This document shows, piece after piece, positions 23,301 to 34,645 of a DNA stretch of 64,000 bases. The number at the start of each line of letters is the position of its first letter. Within the stretch, counting starts at the first letter, position 1. A program made the position numbers and the translations under genes. The DNA comes from Sphyrna mokarran (Eukaryota): positions 1,550,001 to 1,614,000 of the forward strand of contig JAGIQG010000043.1 in assembly GCA_024679065.1 (NCBI GenBank), in the 5' to 3' direction. The notes under the pieces were generated by a model. The model saw only the letters and a program-made list of their open reading frames with translations. It had not been told where the DNA came from and searched no databases.

Positions 23301-26300
23301 AAAACAATGTGTTGTGGAAAAGATTAAATATTCAGAGGAATTAATCAACTCTGTCTGCCTGATTTGAACCGAAATCTGGAATGGGTTTCCCTATTGCACT
23401 ATCGTTTATTCGAGCAGAGATCTGATTTAGACAGAAAGAGAAATAAAGAAGGGGACAGAGAGAGAGAGACGTAGAGAGTGAGATAAGAAGGTATTCTAAT
23501 TGAGCAAAATAGTTTAAACTGCGCTGCGACTAACTACATCGATTGAGGGGGAAAATATAGAGGAGTGGATGGGTCATCAATAATACAAAGATAAACAGGT
23601 AGGCAATTAAAGAATATATTTTGTATCAAACTGTTTAATTGAGTCGTACAGGAGTAGTATATGAAAGGATAAATAAATGATTACACAAAGGCACATTAAT
23701 ATAAAGTGCCTCTGGGAAGGTAATCAGAATGTTCAATTTCACACAGAGCCAAACAGTCACTGACCACCAACTTTGGCCCAGTCAGGCAGAAGAACACAAT
23801 CAATAGAAGCAGCATGAGTCCATTTTGTCCCTCCAGGACGTTCCGCCATGCAATAACATCATGCTAATCTTCTATAAAATCTCCAAATACCCGTCTGCCC
23901 CGCCAAGTTATTAATCTAACGCTATCTGATTGACTGAAACTCCACAACTCGCTGGGGTACAAAAAAGGATTCATTTTCACAAAATGAAACAATGAACTTC
24001 TGAGAGGCCTGTGATAGATTAATGGTTAATTGTATACATAGGATTATAGAATCGTAGAATCCTTACAGTGCAGAAGAAGGCCGTTCAGCCATCGACCATG
24101 CACTGACAACAAACCTACTAAGACTCTATAATCTCATAACACCACCCTATCTAACCTGCTCATTCTGCATTACCACGCTGACACTAAGGGGCAACTTACT
24201 ATGGCCAATCCACACAACTTGCATATCTGTGCACACTAAACCACAATTTAGCATGCGCAATCCACCTAAACTGTTCATCGTTTGACTCTGGGAAAAAAAC
24301 GGAGCACCCGGAGGGAACCTCGTAGACACGGGAGAACGTTTAGACTCCACACAAACAGTGTGGAAGTGAAAGTGGGTCTCCGGCGCTAAGAAGCAGCAAT
24401 GCTAGCCACTAAACCACGGTGCCATCAATTTCCATGGAGACAATTAGAAATCGAGGGACTTGTAATTTACAATTTTGGGCCTCAGTAAAGTCTCACTTTA
24501 ACACAGATATATTTATGAGTGTCTTACGAATATCTACCTCTCTGAGCTGAGACACTTGCACTCAGAGGACCATCACCAGTGTTGATCTGAACGGCACAAC
24601 TACAGAGAGAGCCGCTGCTCCAAGTTTTCTTCCGGAGGCTGATGTAACTGCTAACGGTGTAGGTCCCATCCGGTTCTATTGTCCAAGAATCGATTTGTCC
24701 TTCGGTATCCCTCCCGGCAACATTCCAGCTGACTGGAAAGGAATTGGGAGACAGGCCTCTAACCAAACACAATAACGGGACTTTTCCCATGGTGGGAATC
24801 TCATCCAGCGGCGGAATGAGGAGGAATATGTTGGGAGAACCTTCTAAATCCAACCAAAAAAAAAAGAACATATCAAGTCGGAGATTGTACAGTGTTAATG
24901 AGGTAACTTATGACACGAATGAATAAACTTTAATCTGCAAAAGTTGGAACAGGAAACGTGTTAAATGATATTCATTTGTCATTGCAATGGATAAAATGAA
25001 AATGTGTACCTGTAATCATTAACTTGGAGCCGTTTCCAAATATTAGTGCACGAGTTTGGAAATTGTGCATTGCACAGTAATACATTCCGGAGTCAGTTTT
25101 CCGGGTGCCCTCAATGATCAGTGAGTAATCAAGCTTTCTATCAGAAATCTCAGTGGAAAATCTGTCAGGGTGCTTGCTTCCGGTATCAACTATCTTCATG
25201 TTACCATGCTCTTGTTGTCTGTACCACAATACGAAGCTTGTACCTGACACCTGAATGTGACAGTTGAGTTTAGCACGACTTCCCACTGGGAGTATCTGAA
25301 CTGGCGGAGACTGGGACACGACGGATTGAGACACTGAAACCGGGAAAGAGAGAGAAAAAGAGCGTTATGTTAGAAAAGAGTGCACCCCTCCCCCACCCCC
25401 ATCCAACGAAGATACAATGATAGGATTTTTCTTTCTCAATTAACATCGCGCTGATTGTGGCGTGGAACGCGTCATTATAAGGCTCACATTCTGAGGGCGG
25501 AATCCGACTCCATATTCCCGTCATTCTGGTTGAAATTCTCGGGTCAGCGAATAGGAACTTTTTTTTAATTATTATTATTCATTCATTCATGGGTGCCGCT
25601 GACTGGCTAGTATTTATTGCCCATCTCAGTTGCCCTTGGAGGGCAGTTGAGATACAACCACATTGCTATAGCTGTGGATTCACATGGGTGACAGTTTTCC
25701 TTGCCTAAAAGAGATTACGGAACCAGATGTTTCTTTTTCCGACAATGGAGAATAGTTTAATTATCATCAGATCATACATAGTTCCAGGTATTTGTGAAGA
25801 CAATACATTAAATAACTTCTACAAAGCAACATTTTTCTGCGAATATTTTCTCTCATCTATATTTCGTTTCTTCTTCTCCATTAACTTTGTGCAGTTAACG
25901 TTTATTCAGAGTTGACGATTTAGTTTAACGTTCTAATTGAAACCCCTTCCCCCCAAAGAGTCTCCAATTGCCCATATTGCCAATGGAAAAATTCACATCT
26001 TTTATTCCCGGGCAGAGGACGTTGAACCCGGGCCCTGGCTTCAATTCTGTCTTTGGGCGATTGCTGTGTGGAGTTTGCACATTTTCCCCGTATCTGTTTG
26101 GGCTTCCTCCAATCCCAAGATGTATGGGTGAGATTGATTATCCATGTTAAATTACCTCCTTGTGACTCGAAATGTGTATGCTAGGAAGATTGACCATATT
26201 AAATTGACTCGTAAAGTCCAAAAATGAATTGATTCGGTGGACTGGTTATATAAAATTGCCTCGTAGCGTCCAAAGATATGGAGGTTTAGTGAATTGGCCA

Positions 26301-27329
26301 GGCTAAATTGTCCCTTAATGACTCGACATGTGTAGGGTAAGTAGATTGACCATGTTCAATTGTCCCTCAGTGTCAGAAGATGTAGGTGTTAGGCGGATTG
26401 GTAATTTTAAATTGAACCTTAGTGAGCAAAGATGTGCACGTTCAGTGGCTTGATCATGCTACATTGTGTCCAACAATGTGCAAGTTAGGTAGATTAGCCA
26501 TGCTAAATTGCCCCTGAGTGTCCAAGGCCGTGTAGGTGAGGGAGATTGGCCAAGATAAATTATATACATCCATTAGTGTTTGCTAGACTATCAGGGTAAT
26601 TGTGTTTTGTTTTGGGATGGACTTGCTAAGAAATTGCCCTTTAGTGTCCAAGGTAGCTGAGATTAGAGGGATTAATGGATATAATATGCAGCGATGTGGG
26701 GGTAGGATTGTGGATGGGATCGTGTTTGGTGCAGACTCGATGGGCCGAAGGACCTCTTTCTGTACTATTGGGTTCTACGGCTCTATAGTTCTGATAGTCT
26801 CTTTACAAACTGTGGACATTCTACGATTCATTAATTATTATTGATTGACACACAATATCTAATCATTTGTTAACTATCTTTATTTTGTTTTCAGTTAAGC
26901 ATGTGTGCCGAATTATAAATTATATCACTGCACAGCACAGTTGGAGGCCAATCCACCTCTTGTGTATCTGCTGGATCTTCGCAGACTTATCTACTTAGAC
27001 CCCATCTATGCCTTCTTGTTTCCCCTATATCTCTGCAATTTTTTGTCCCCTTGAAGTATTTATCCAACTCCTGCTTTTGAAAGTTCTTACTGAATCTCCT
27101 TTCATGCAACGCTTTTCATATCACGATAATGTATCTAAGATAATTCTTCCCATCAATATGTCACTTGTATCGGTTTTCTTCAATGCGCGTCTCTCTAGTC
27201 ACTGAGTCTTAGTGGAAATAGTATCTCCTTATTGACTATATCGAAATCCTTACCCACGACATCTGAATTTATCAAGGATATCTCACCCTGGAAGAGATGG
27301 AACAATGCATAGACACCGAAGGAAGTCAT
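20281..27329 (-). CDS. Gene B: non-rearranging antigen-receptor-like IgSF receptor, L-VJ-C1-TM-cytoplasmic tail with ITIM/ITSM-like motif (about 320 aa)
   Basis: Phase-compatible GT-AG exons. Leader 27329-27287 (MTSFGVYALFHLFQ). VJ 25333-25010 (C..WYRQ..DSGMYYC..LIFGNGSKLMIT). C1 24843-24538 (PNIFLLIPP..LLCLV..VSW..DGTYTVSS..CSCAVQ). TM 23273-23154 (DSPLLTKCIFLMSGTLTVVTLFLLGLVLVVRRR). Cytoplasmic exon 23019-22961. Last exon 20388-20281 (TLYARLAF...GVSEL*). A possible donor at 20297 makes the exact C-terminus less certain. Confidence 0.85.
20910..21350 (-). repeat. Minisatellite of about 51-52 bp derived from the HE1-type SINE internal unit
   Basis: Repeated cactaaggggcaatttagcatggccaatccacctaa..cacatcttt units. 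Other arrays at about 5575-5840, 26110-26660 and 47830-48230. Confidence 0.8.
22010..22830 (+). mobile_element. Old CR1 3' fragment in gene B intron
   Basis: Degenerate LYRTFLRPQVEY..ALERVQR and CR1 tail. Confidence 0.75.
23154..23273 (-). CDS. Gene B stalk/transmembrane exon
   Basis: ttttgcag acceptor, 120 nt phase 1-1, 23-residue hydrophobic run followed by RRR stop-transfer, Cys at the TM N-terminus. Confidence 0.85.
24538..24843 (-). CDS. Gene B C1-set domain exon
   Basis: 306 nt phase 1-1, with PxIxLLxP, LxCLV, W and DGTYxxxS C1-set motifs. Confidence 0.92.
25010..25333 (-). CDS. Gene B germline-joined VJ domain exon
   Basis: Polypyrimidine-AG acceptor, 324 nt phase 1-1, canonical Cys/Trp/DxGxYxC and a J-type FGxG-xKL G strand. 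Confidence 0.95.
26005..26790 (+). mobile_element. HE1-like SINE with internally amplified tandem unit (gene B intron 1)
   Basis: tRNA-like head remnant, gtgtggagtttgcacatt core, about 10 tandem units, CR1-like tail. Confidence 0.7.
27287..27329 (-). CDS. Gene B leader exon
   Basis: ATG, hydrophobic stretch, CAG G|GTGAG donor in phase 1. Joins the V exon in frame (..FQ-V-SQSVVSQ). Confidence 0.75.
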
Positions 27330-27759
27330 TCTTGTTGATCCAGCGGGTGAGGCTCTGAATCCACAGTACGAATCTCATTGAGAATTCACTATTGTCTTCT
27401 CTGTGTGAATGTGTTGTGAAATATGCAGAGTAAATGCGCTTCTGTGTCTGTTAATAGATACACAATTGGCGTTTGAGAACTAAAACGCGGTAGACAGTTC
27501 TCTGTGGTTTTCCTGTTTGCTGCAGGTCCACGTGATGCCACGCATATTTTGCAAACTATCTATCTTTTGTACCCATACCGGTAGGCCAAACTTGGTGTAG
27601 AGAGTACCGTTTTTCCTAATATAATAAAAAGATAGAGCCAATGGAAACTACAGTTTATGGCAGAACTGATATTTCTTTTCTACCACTGCGCATTGAATAG
27701 ATTGGAACTCTTCCCTAAAAGCCAGGGCAGACAGAAAGCTTTGGTTTAACTTGGCGTCA

Positions 27760-28340
27760 TGTTCGGCACAATATCGTGGGCCGAAGCGCCTGTTTCTATG
27801 TTGCATTATTCCAGGTTCCAATGTAAAAAGAACTATGCGAACATAAGAATCTATTGATCTTTGTCGTTTGTTTTTGTTGCTTATCCTGAGTAAATATCCC
27901 TCTATTTCTTGCATATTATTATCATTATCTAAAAGGTTAAATGCTCTGATGGTATTTACCTACACCACCGTCCCTGTCAGGGCGCCCCCAGAATGGCCAC
28001 TCTCTGTGTAAAAAAAACTTGCCCCACCCATCTCCTTTGAACACTCGCCCTCTCTCGTTACGTGCATTTCAATTCTGGGGAAAAAGATTCTGACTCTCAA
28101 CCCGATCTATGCTACGCATAATTTTATATTATGTCTTCCCCTCAGTCTCACACTCCAGAGGAAACAAACCTGGATTCTACAGTTTCCTCTTATAACTTAA
28201 ACTCTCTAACCTAGGCAGTATCCTGGTAAACCACTGCTGCACTTTTTCCAAATCTCCCACATCCTTCTTCTAATGTGGCAAGCAGAACTGAAAGCGACAC
28301 TCCAATGGCGACTTGACCAAACTTTTATGCAGATTCAAAA
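27760..28340 (-). mobile_element. Old CR1 3' fragment
   Basis: Reverse-strand CR1 RT C-terminus and tail motifs. Confidence 0.65.
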
Positions 28341-28533
28341 TTCAGCATCTGCCAATTAATAATCGAATCCCGGTATCCAGAGCATAAACTTAATTTGTGG
28401 AATAGTACTTTAGCGATAAAAAACACTAGGCTATTGGCCTCCTCATTTTTTAAAGAGATAAATATTAGTCCAGAGTTCTTTCTTTGCTCCCTTTTGATAT
28501 TGGGGAATTTTATATGTTTATGGAATTGATGGA

Positions 28534-28828
28534 AGTGATGGAAATTGACTGATACGAAAGAGACCGAAATCGATTCCAGTCTCATTTCTAGCGTAGTTAG
28601 AGCGCCCTGAATTTCTAGTTCTCTATTTCTTTCTTGAGACTTCGGCAGATGATCCCTGTCGCTACACTGTGCAATGCTGAGGGAGCAATGCACAGTGTAG
28701 CGACAGGGATCATCTGCCGAAGTCTCAAGAAAGAAATAGAGAACTAGAAATTCAGGGCGCTCTAACGACGCTAGAAATGAGACTGGAATCGATTTCGGTC
28801 TCTTTCGTATCAGTCAATTTCCATCACT
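28534..28828. repeat. Near-perfect palindrome (145-bp arms, 5-nt loop)
   Basis: 28534-28678 is the reverse complement of 28684-28828, with two mismatches by eye. Confidence 0.95.
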
Positions 28829-29067
28829 CCAATCTTGCATGTTATGTAATTAGCTGGCATGGACCCCAGCTCTGGAATTCTCTGCCTAAATTGTTTCCCA
28901 TCTCTCTTTCCTTAAGATAATCCTTAAACCGATCTGTTGGACGAAGATTATGAACACATGCATCTCATATCCTTGAAGCACATTGGAATTAAGTTGTACT
29001 GATCCACTTTACAATAACGCATCTGGCAACGAGGGCATAATGTAACGATGCCGCCATTGGACTGGTA

Positions 29068-29156
29068 GTAAGAAGTCTCACAACACCAGGTAAAGTCCGC
29101 AGGTTTATTTGGTAGTAAATGCCACTAGCTTTCGGGGTTTGCCCCTTCATCACGTG
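29068..29156 (-). mobile_element. Solo Penelope-like pseudo-LTR (pLTR) remnant with degenerate hammerhead
   Basis: Minus strand reads cac-gTGATGA-a-gggg caaa cccc-GAAA-gcta-gtg ... aaataaac ... ttcttac, the same architecture as 62117-62205. Confidence 0.65.
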
Positions 29157-29599
29157 TTGTGAGACTGCCTACAACGTGGGCGTGTGAATGACAGCATAAT
29201 GTGGATAAAAGTGAGATCATTAATTTCGGTAGGTACAATGCGAAAGCAGATTATTGTTTGAATGGGTGTAATTGGAGAGAGGTGGACACGCAAAGACTCC
29301 TTGTTGTCCTCATGCATCAGTAGCTAGAAGTAAGCACGCGGGTACATCAGAAGGTAAAGAAATGTTTGTTTATATTCATAGTGAGGGGATTTGAGTACAG
29401 GAAAGGGATGTTTTGCAGCAAATGTGCAGGCATTTGGGAAGCCACATCTGAAGTACTAAGTAGAGTTTTAGCCCCCTTATCTGAGGAATGATGTCCTTGT
29501 GTAGAGGGAATGCAGTAAATTCTGAATTCTTGGACGAAGCTTATGACCCATATGCATCTCATACCCTTTAAGCACCCTTTGGAATTAAGTTGTACTGAA

Positions 29600-29940
29600 T
29601 CAAGAAAACTCTATAGTGCAGAAAGGGGCCCTTCGGCCCATCGAGTTTGGACCGGACACAATCCCACCCAGGCCCTACCCCAATATCCCTACATATTAGA
29701 CCCGCTAATCACTCGAACTACACATCCCCAGATACTAAGGGGCAATTTATTCACATGGCCAAGCAACCTAACCCGCACATCTTTGGACTGTGGGAGGAAA
29801 CCGGAGCACCCGGAGGACACCCACGCAGACATGAGGAGAATGTGCAAGCTCCACAAGGACAGTGATCCGAGCCGAGAATCGAACCCAGGACCCTGGAGCT
29901 CTGAAGCAACAGCGCTAACCACTGTGTTACTGTGCTACTG
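29600..29940 (-). mobile_element. HE1-like V-SINE (well preserved)
   Basis: tRNA-derived head (cacagtggttagcgctgttgc..gggttcgattc), core gggtgtcctccgggtgctccggtttcctcccacagtccaaag, CR1-like tail. Similar copies at about 4960-5260, 11340-11645, 12650-12935, 17200-17665, 20430-20720 and 24050-24425. Confidence 0.85.
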
Positions 29941-31589
29941 ATCCACTTTACACCAGACTGAATCCTTGGATGACAGGCCTAACCGATAAGCAGAGACTAA
30001 ATCTGTTCGGATTATATTCACCTGCATTTAGAAGAGTGACAGCCGATCTCATGAAAACTTCTGAAAATTCTAACTGGATTTGACAGAGTAGATTCAGAAA
30101 AGAAAATGTGCGCCATATATGGAACTAATTGTTCCTTGGGAGCGGCTGGTGTGAGGAGAGCTGGTGAGTAAATTTCTGTGTTTTTTTTTCCCAAAAATCG
30201 TCTCTAGTTTTTTTTAACTTTTAAAACCGGAAACAGGAAGTAGTCACAGGGAGGCCTGTGCAGGAGTTTTTTTTTACACGACAGAAGTTACTTACCTCGG
30301 AGAATCGGCCTTATTGTTCCTTGGGAGCGGCTGGTGTGAGGAGAGTTGGTGACTAAATTTCTGAGTTTTTTTTTTCCCCAAAAATCGTCTCTAGTTTTTT
30401 TTTTAACTTTTAAAACCGGAAACAGGAAGTAGTCATAGGGAGGCCTGTGCAGGATTTTTTTTTCACCTGGACCTCCATAAATTGGGAAGGTGAAGAATCC
30501 CGATACTCTACACGTGTAGAGTATCCCAACCCTCCCCCCTCCTCTAACCTAATGAAAAAAGGAGACTAGGAGTGTGAGTAGGTAAGTTTAAGTTTATATT
30601 TGTTTCTGTGTAAAGGAAGTAATAGGGATGGCAGTGCAGGCAGTGCAATGTACCTCCTGTGGGATGTTTGAGGTGAGGGACACTGGTAGTGTCCCAGCTG
30701 ATTATACCTGCCAGAGGTGCATCCAGTTCCACCTCCTTGAGGACCGTGTTAGGGACCTGGAGCTGGAACTGGAGGAACTAAGAATTATTAGGGAAGCAGA
30801 GATGGCGATTGATAAAAGCTACAGGGAGACAGTTACTCCTAAATGTGATACATGGTGACTGTTAGAAGGGGTAAGAAGCAGTCAGTGCAGAGTTCCCCTG
30901 AGGCTGTTCCTCTATGTAATAAGTACTCTGCTTTGGATGTTGTTGGGGATGAAGATACAACCGGGGTAAGCCATGGAGTACAGGTCTCGGGAGTTGAGCC
31001 TGTCCTTGATGCTCAGGTGGGAAGGGGGAAGAAAAGATCTGGATTAGTGATTGGGGACTCCCTAGTTAAGGGGATAGATAGGAGGGTCTGTGGGAAGGAG
31101 CGGGACTCGCGGTTGGTATGTTGCCTCCCGGGCGCTGGGGTCAGTGATATCTCTGACAGAGAGTTCGGGATCTTTATGGGGGAGGTGAACCAGCCCCAAG
31201 TTGTGGTGCATGTAGGTACCCATGACGTAGGTAGGAAAAGGGATGGGGATATAAAGCAGAAATTCAGAGAGTTAGGGTGGAAACTGAGGGCTAAAACAAA
31301 TGGAGTTTGTTATCTCTGGTTTGTTACCAGTGCCGCGGGATAGCATAGAAAAGAATAGGGAGAGAGAACATTTGAACTTGTGGCTAAAGGGATGATGCAG
31401 GAGGGAAGGGTTCAGGTATTTGGACAATTGGGGCTCATTCTGGGGAAGGTGGGACCTCTACAAGAGGGATGGTCTGCACCTGAACCGGAGAGGTACCAAT
31501 ATCTTGGGGAGTAAATTTGCCAGTGCTATTCGGGGGGGGTTTAAACTGATTCAGTGGAGGGGGGGACCTGAATTGTTTTGCCATTATAC

Positions 31590-32733
31590 CAGGTCCCACA
31601 TGCAAGAATTCTTGAGAAGGTGAGAGGCCATGGGATCCAAGGGGCTTTGGCCTTGTGGATCCAGAACTGGCTTGCCTGCAGAAGGCAGAGGGTGGTTGTG
31701 GGTGGCTCTTTTTCTGCATGGAGGTCGGTCACCAGTGGAGTGCCCCAGGGATCTGTTCTAGGACCCTTGCTGTTTGTCATTTTCATAAATGACCTGGATG
31801 AGGAAGTGGAGGGATGGGTGAGTAAGTTCGCCGATGACACGAAGGTCGGTGGTGTTGTGGATGGTCTGGAGGGATGTCAGAAGTTGCAGCATGACATCGA
31901 CAGGATGCAAGACTGGGCGGAGAAGTGGCAGATGGACTTCAACGCGGATAAATGTGTTGTGGTCCATTTTGGCAGATCCAACGGGATGAATGAGTACACT
32001 ATCAAAGGTAGGAGTCTTAGCTGTGTGGAAGAGCAGAGGAATCTTGGGGTCCGGGTCCATAAGACTCTCAAATCGGCCTCCCAGGTGGAGGATGTGGTTA
32101 AGAAAGCTTACGGTGTACTGGCCTTCATTCATCGAGGGATTGAGTTCAGGAGTCAGGAGGTAATGCTGCAGCTTTATAGGACCCTTGTCAGACCACACTT
32201 GGAGTACTGTGCGCAGTTCTGGTCGCCTCACTATAGGAAGGACGTGGAAGCTATTGAAAGGGTGCAGAGGAGATTTACAAGGATGTTGCCTGGATTGGGA
32301 GGCATGCCTTATGAAGACAGGTTGAGGGAGCTGGGACTGTTCTCCCTGGAGAGACGAAGGTTGAGAGGCGACCTGATAGAGGTTTACAAGATGTTGAGAG
32401 GAATAGATAGGGTGGACTCTCAGAGACTTTTTCCCAGGGCTGAAATGGTCGCGACGAGAGGGCACAGATTTAAGGTGCAGGGAAGTAAGTACAGAGGGGA
32501 TGCTAAGGGAAAGTTTTTCACTCAGAGGGTGGTGAGTGAATGGAATCGGCTGCCGTCGGTGGTGGTCGAGGCGAACTCGCTGGGGTCTTTTAAAAGACTT
32601 CTGGATGAGTATATGGGATCCAATGGGATTGGGGGTTATAGATAGGTCTATGGCTGGGTAGGTTTTGATGTGTTCGGCACAACTTGTGGGCCGAAGGGCC
32701 TGTTTGTGCTGTAGTGTTCTATGTTCTATGTTC
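31590..32733 (+). mobile_element. Nested young 5'-truncated CR1 with open RT C-terminal ORF
   Basis: Uninterrupted 355-aa ORF, (GTTCTAT)n tail, attatac flanking duplication. Confidence 0.85.
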
Positions 32734-34645
32734 TATTATACAGGAGGATGTGAATAGGGAGGTCACGGATGACCAACACGAGGGGACATAACTTTAAATT
32801 AAGACGTGGTAGTTATAGGACGGATGTCAGAGGCAGGTTCTTTACACAGAGGGTGGTGAGAGCGTGGAATGCCCTACCTGCAGCATTTGTGGACTTGCCT
32901 ACTTTGGGGGCATTCAAATGTTCGGTGGATAGGCATATGGATGGTATTGGAATAGTTTAGGTTACATGGTCCACTGGCCATCGCAACATCGAGGGCCGAA
33001 GGGCCTGTACTATGCTGTAATGTTCTATGTTCTATGGATAAGGTTTCTAGGTCGCAGCAGTATAGTGGCAAACGGGAGGGTGGTTTGAAGTGTGTATACT
33101 TTAATGCGAGGAGCATAAGCAATAAGGTGGATGAACTTGCAGCCTGGATTGGTGCTTGGGACTTCGATGTTGTGGCCATTTCAGAGACGTGGATACAGCA
33201 GGGGCAGGAATGGTTGTTGCTCATTCGGGGGTTCAGATATTTCAGTCAGAGCAGAGGTGGTGGTAGAAGAGGGGGAGGAGTGGCATTGATAGTTAAGGAC
33301 AGCAGAAAAGACGTTTGATGTGCACTTGTCTGCTGAGGTAGTGTGGGCTGAGATTTGAAACAAGAAAGGAGAGGTCACACTGTTGGGAGTTTTTTATAGG
33401 CCTCCAAAAAGTTCCAGAGAAGTAGAGGAAGGGATTGAAAAGTTGATCCTGGATAGATGTGAAAGTAAAAGGGTAGTTGTAATGGGGGACTTTAACTTTT
33501 CTAATATCGATTGGAAGAATTATAGTTCAAATACGTTAGTCGGGTCAGTTTTTGTTCAATGTGTGCAGGAAGGTTTCATGACTCAGTATGTAGATAGGCC
33601 AACAAGAAGTGAGGCTATATTGGATTTGGTACTGGGTAATGAACCAGACCAGGTGTTAGACTTGGAGGTGGGTGAGCACTTTGGTGATAGTGACCACAAT
33701 TCGGTTACGTTTACCTTAGTGATGGAAAGGGATGGGCACATACCGAATAAAAGTAGTTATAGTTATATGGAAAAGGTAATTATGAGGCTATTAGTAGAAA
33801 TTTAGGATGCATAGGGTGGAGCAGGATATTGCAGGGGCTGGGGACATCTGAAATGTGGAGCATATTTAAGGAACAGCTTCTGCATGCCCGTAATAAATAT
33901 GTACCTGCAACGCAAAGAGGAAGTGGTCGAGTGAGGGAACCATGTTGTACGAGGGAAATTGAATCTCTGGTGAAGAGGAAGAAGGAGCCTTATATAATGA
34001 TGAGACGTGAAGGCTCAGTTAGGGCACTGCAGAGCTATAAATTAGCCAGGAAGGAGCTAAAGAGGGAGTTGAGAAGAGCGAGAAGAGGACAAAAGAACAC
34101 TTTGGCGGATAGGATTAAGGAGAATTCTAAAGCTTTTTACAGGCATATAAATAATAAAAGATTGGGCCAGTCAGAGATAGCAGTGGGAAGTTGTGCGTGG
34201 AGCCTGAGGAAATAGGAGAGACACTGAATGAGCATTTTTCATCAGTATTCACGCAGGAGAAAGACGATGTTGTCGAGGAGAATACTACAATACCAGGTTG
34301 TAGACTGGGCAGGATTGAGGTTCATAAGGAGGAGGTGTTAGGGAATCTTGAGGGTATAAAAATTGATAAGTCCCCTGGGTCAGATGGGATTTACCTCAGG
34401 ATTCTCTGGGAGGCTACAGAGGTGATTGCAGAGCCTTTGGCTTTGATCTTCATGTCGTCATTGGCTACAGGTATAGTTGCCGGAAGACTGGAGGATGGCA
34501 AATGTTGTCACTTTGTTCAAAAACAGGAGTAGGGACCATCCTGGAAATTATAGACCGGTGAGCCTGACTTCTGTTGTGGGCAAAGTCTTGGAAATAATTA
34601 TAAGGGATGGGATTTATAAGCATCTAGAGAGAAATAAATTGATTA

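Noticed and set aside
24538-25333. Conventional rearranging TCR or IgL locus
   Set aside because: There are no separate V/D/J segments or RSS. The TM lacks charged residues, and the tail is multi-exon with a tyrosine motif.
26110-26660. CRISPR-like array
   Set aside because: These are degenerate head-to-tail units without unique spacers, SINE-derived, in eukaryotic DNA.
28325-28693. 122-aa ORF overlapping the palindrome
   Set aside because: It has no recognisable domain or splice context, and it spans repeat-derived sequence.
29860-29935. tRNA gene
   Set aside because: It is an A/B-box-like head of a SINE continuing into the SINE body, with no complete cloverleaf.
31758-32465. Antisense ORFs over CR1 and Penelope sequences (also 51460-53788 and 59695-60445)
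   Set aside because: These are shadow ORFs of retroelement coding sequence with no independent protein features.
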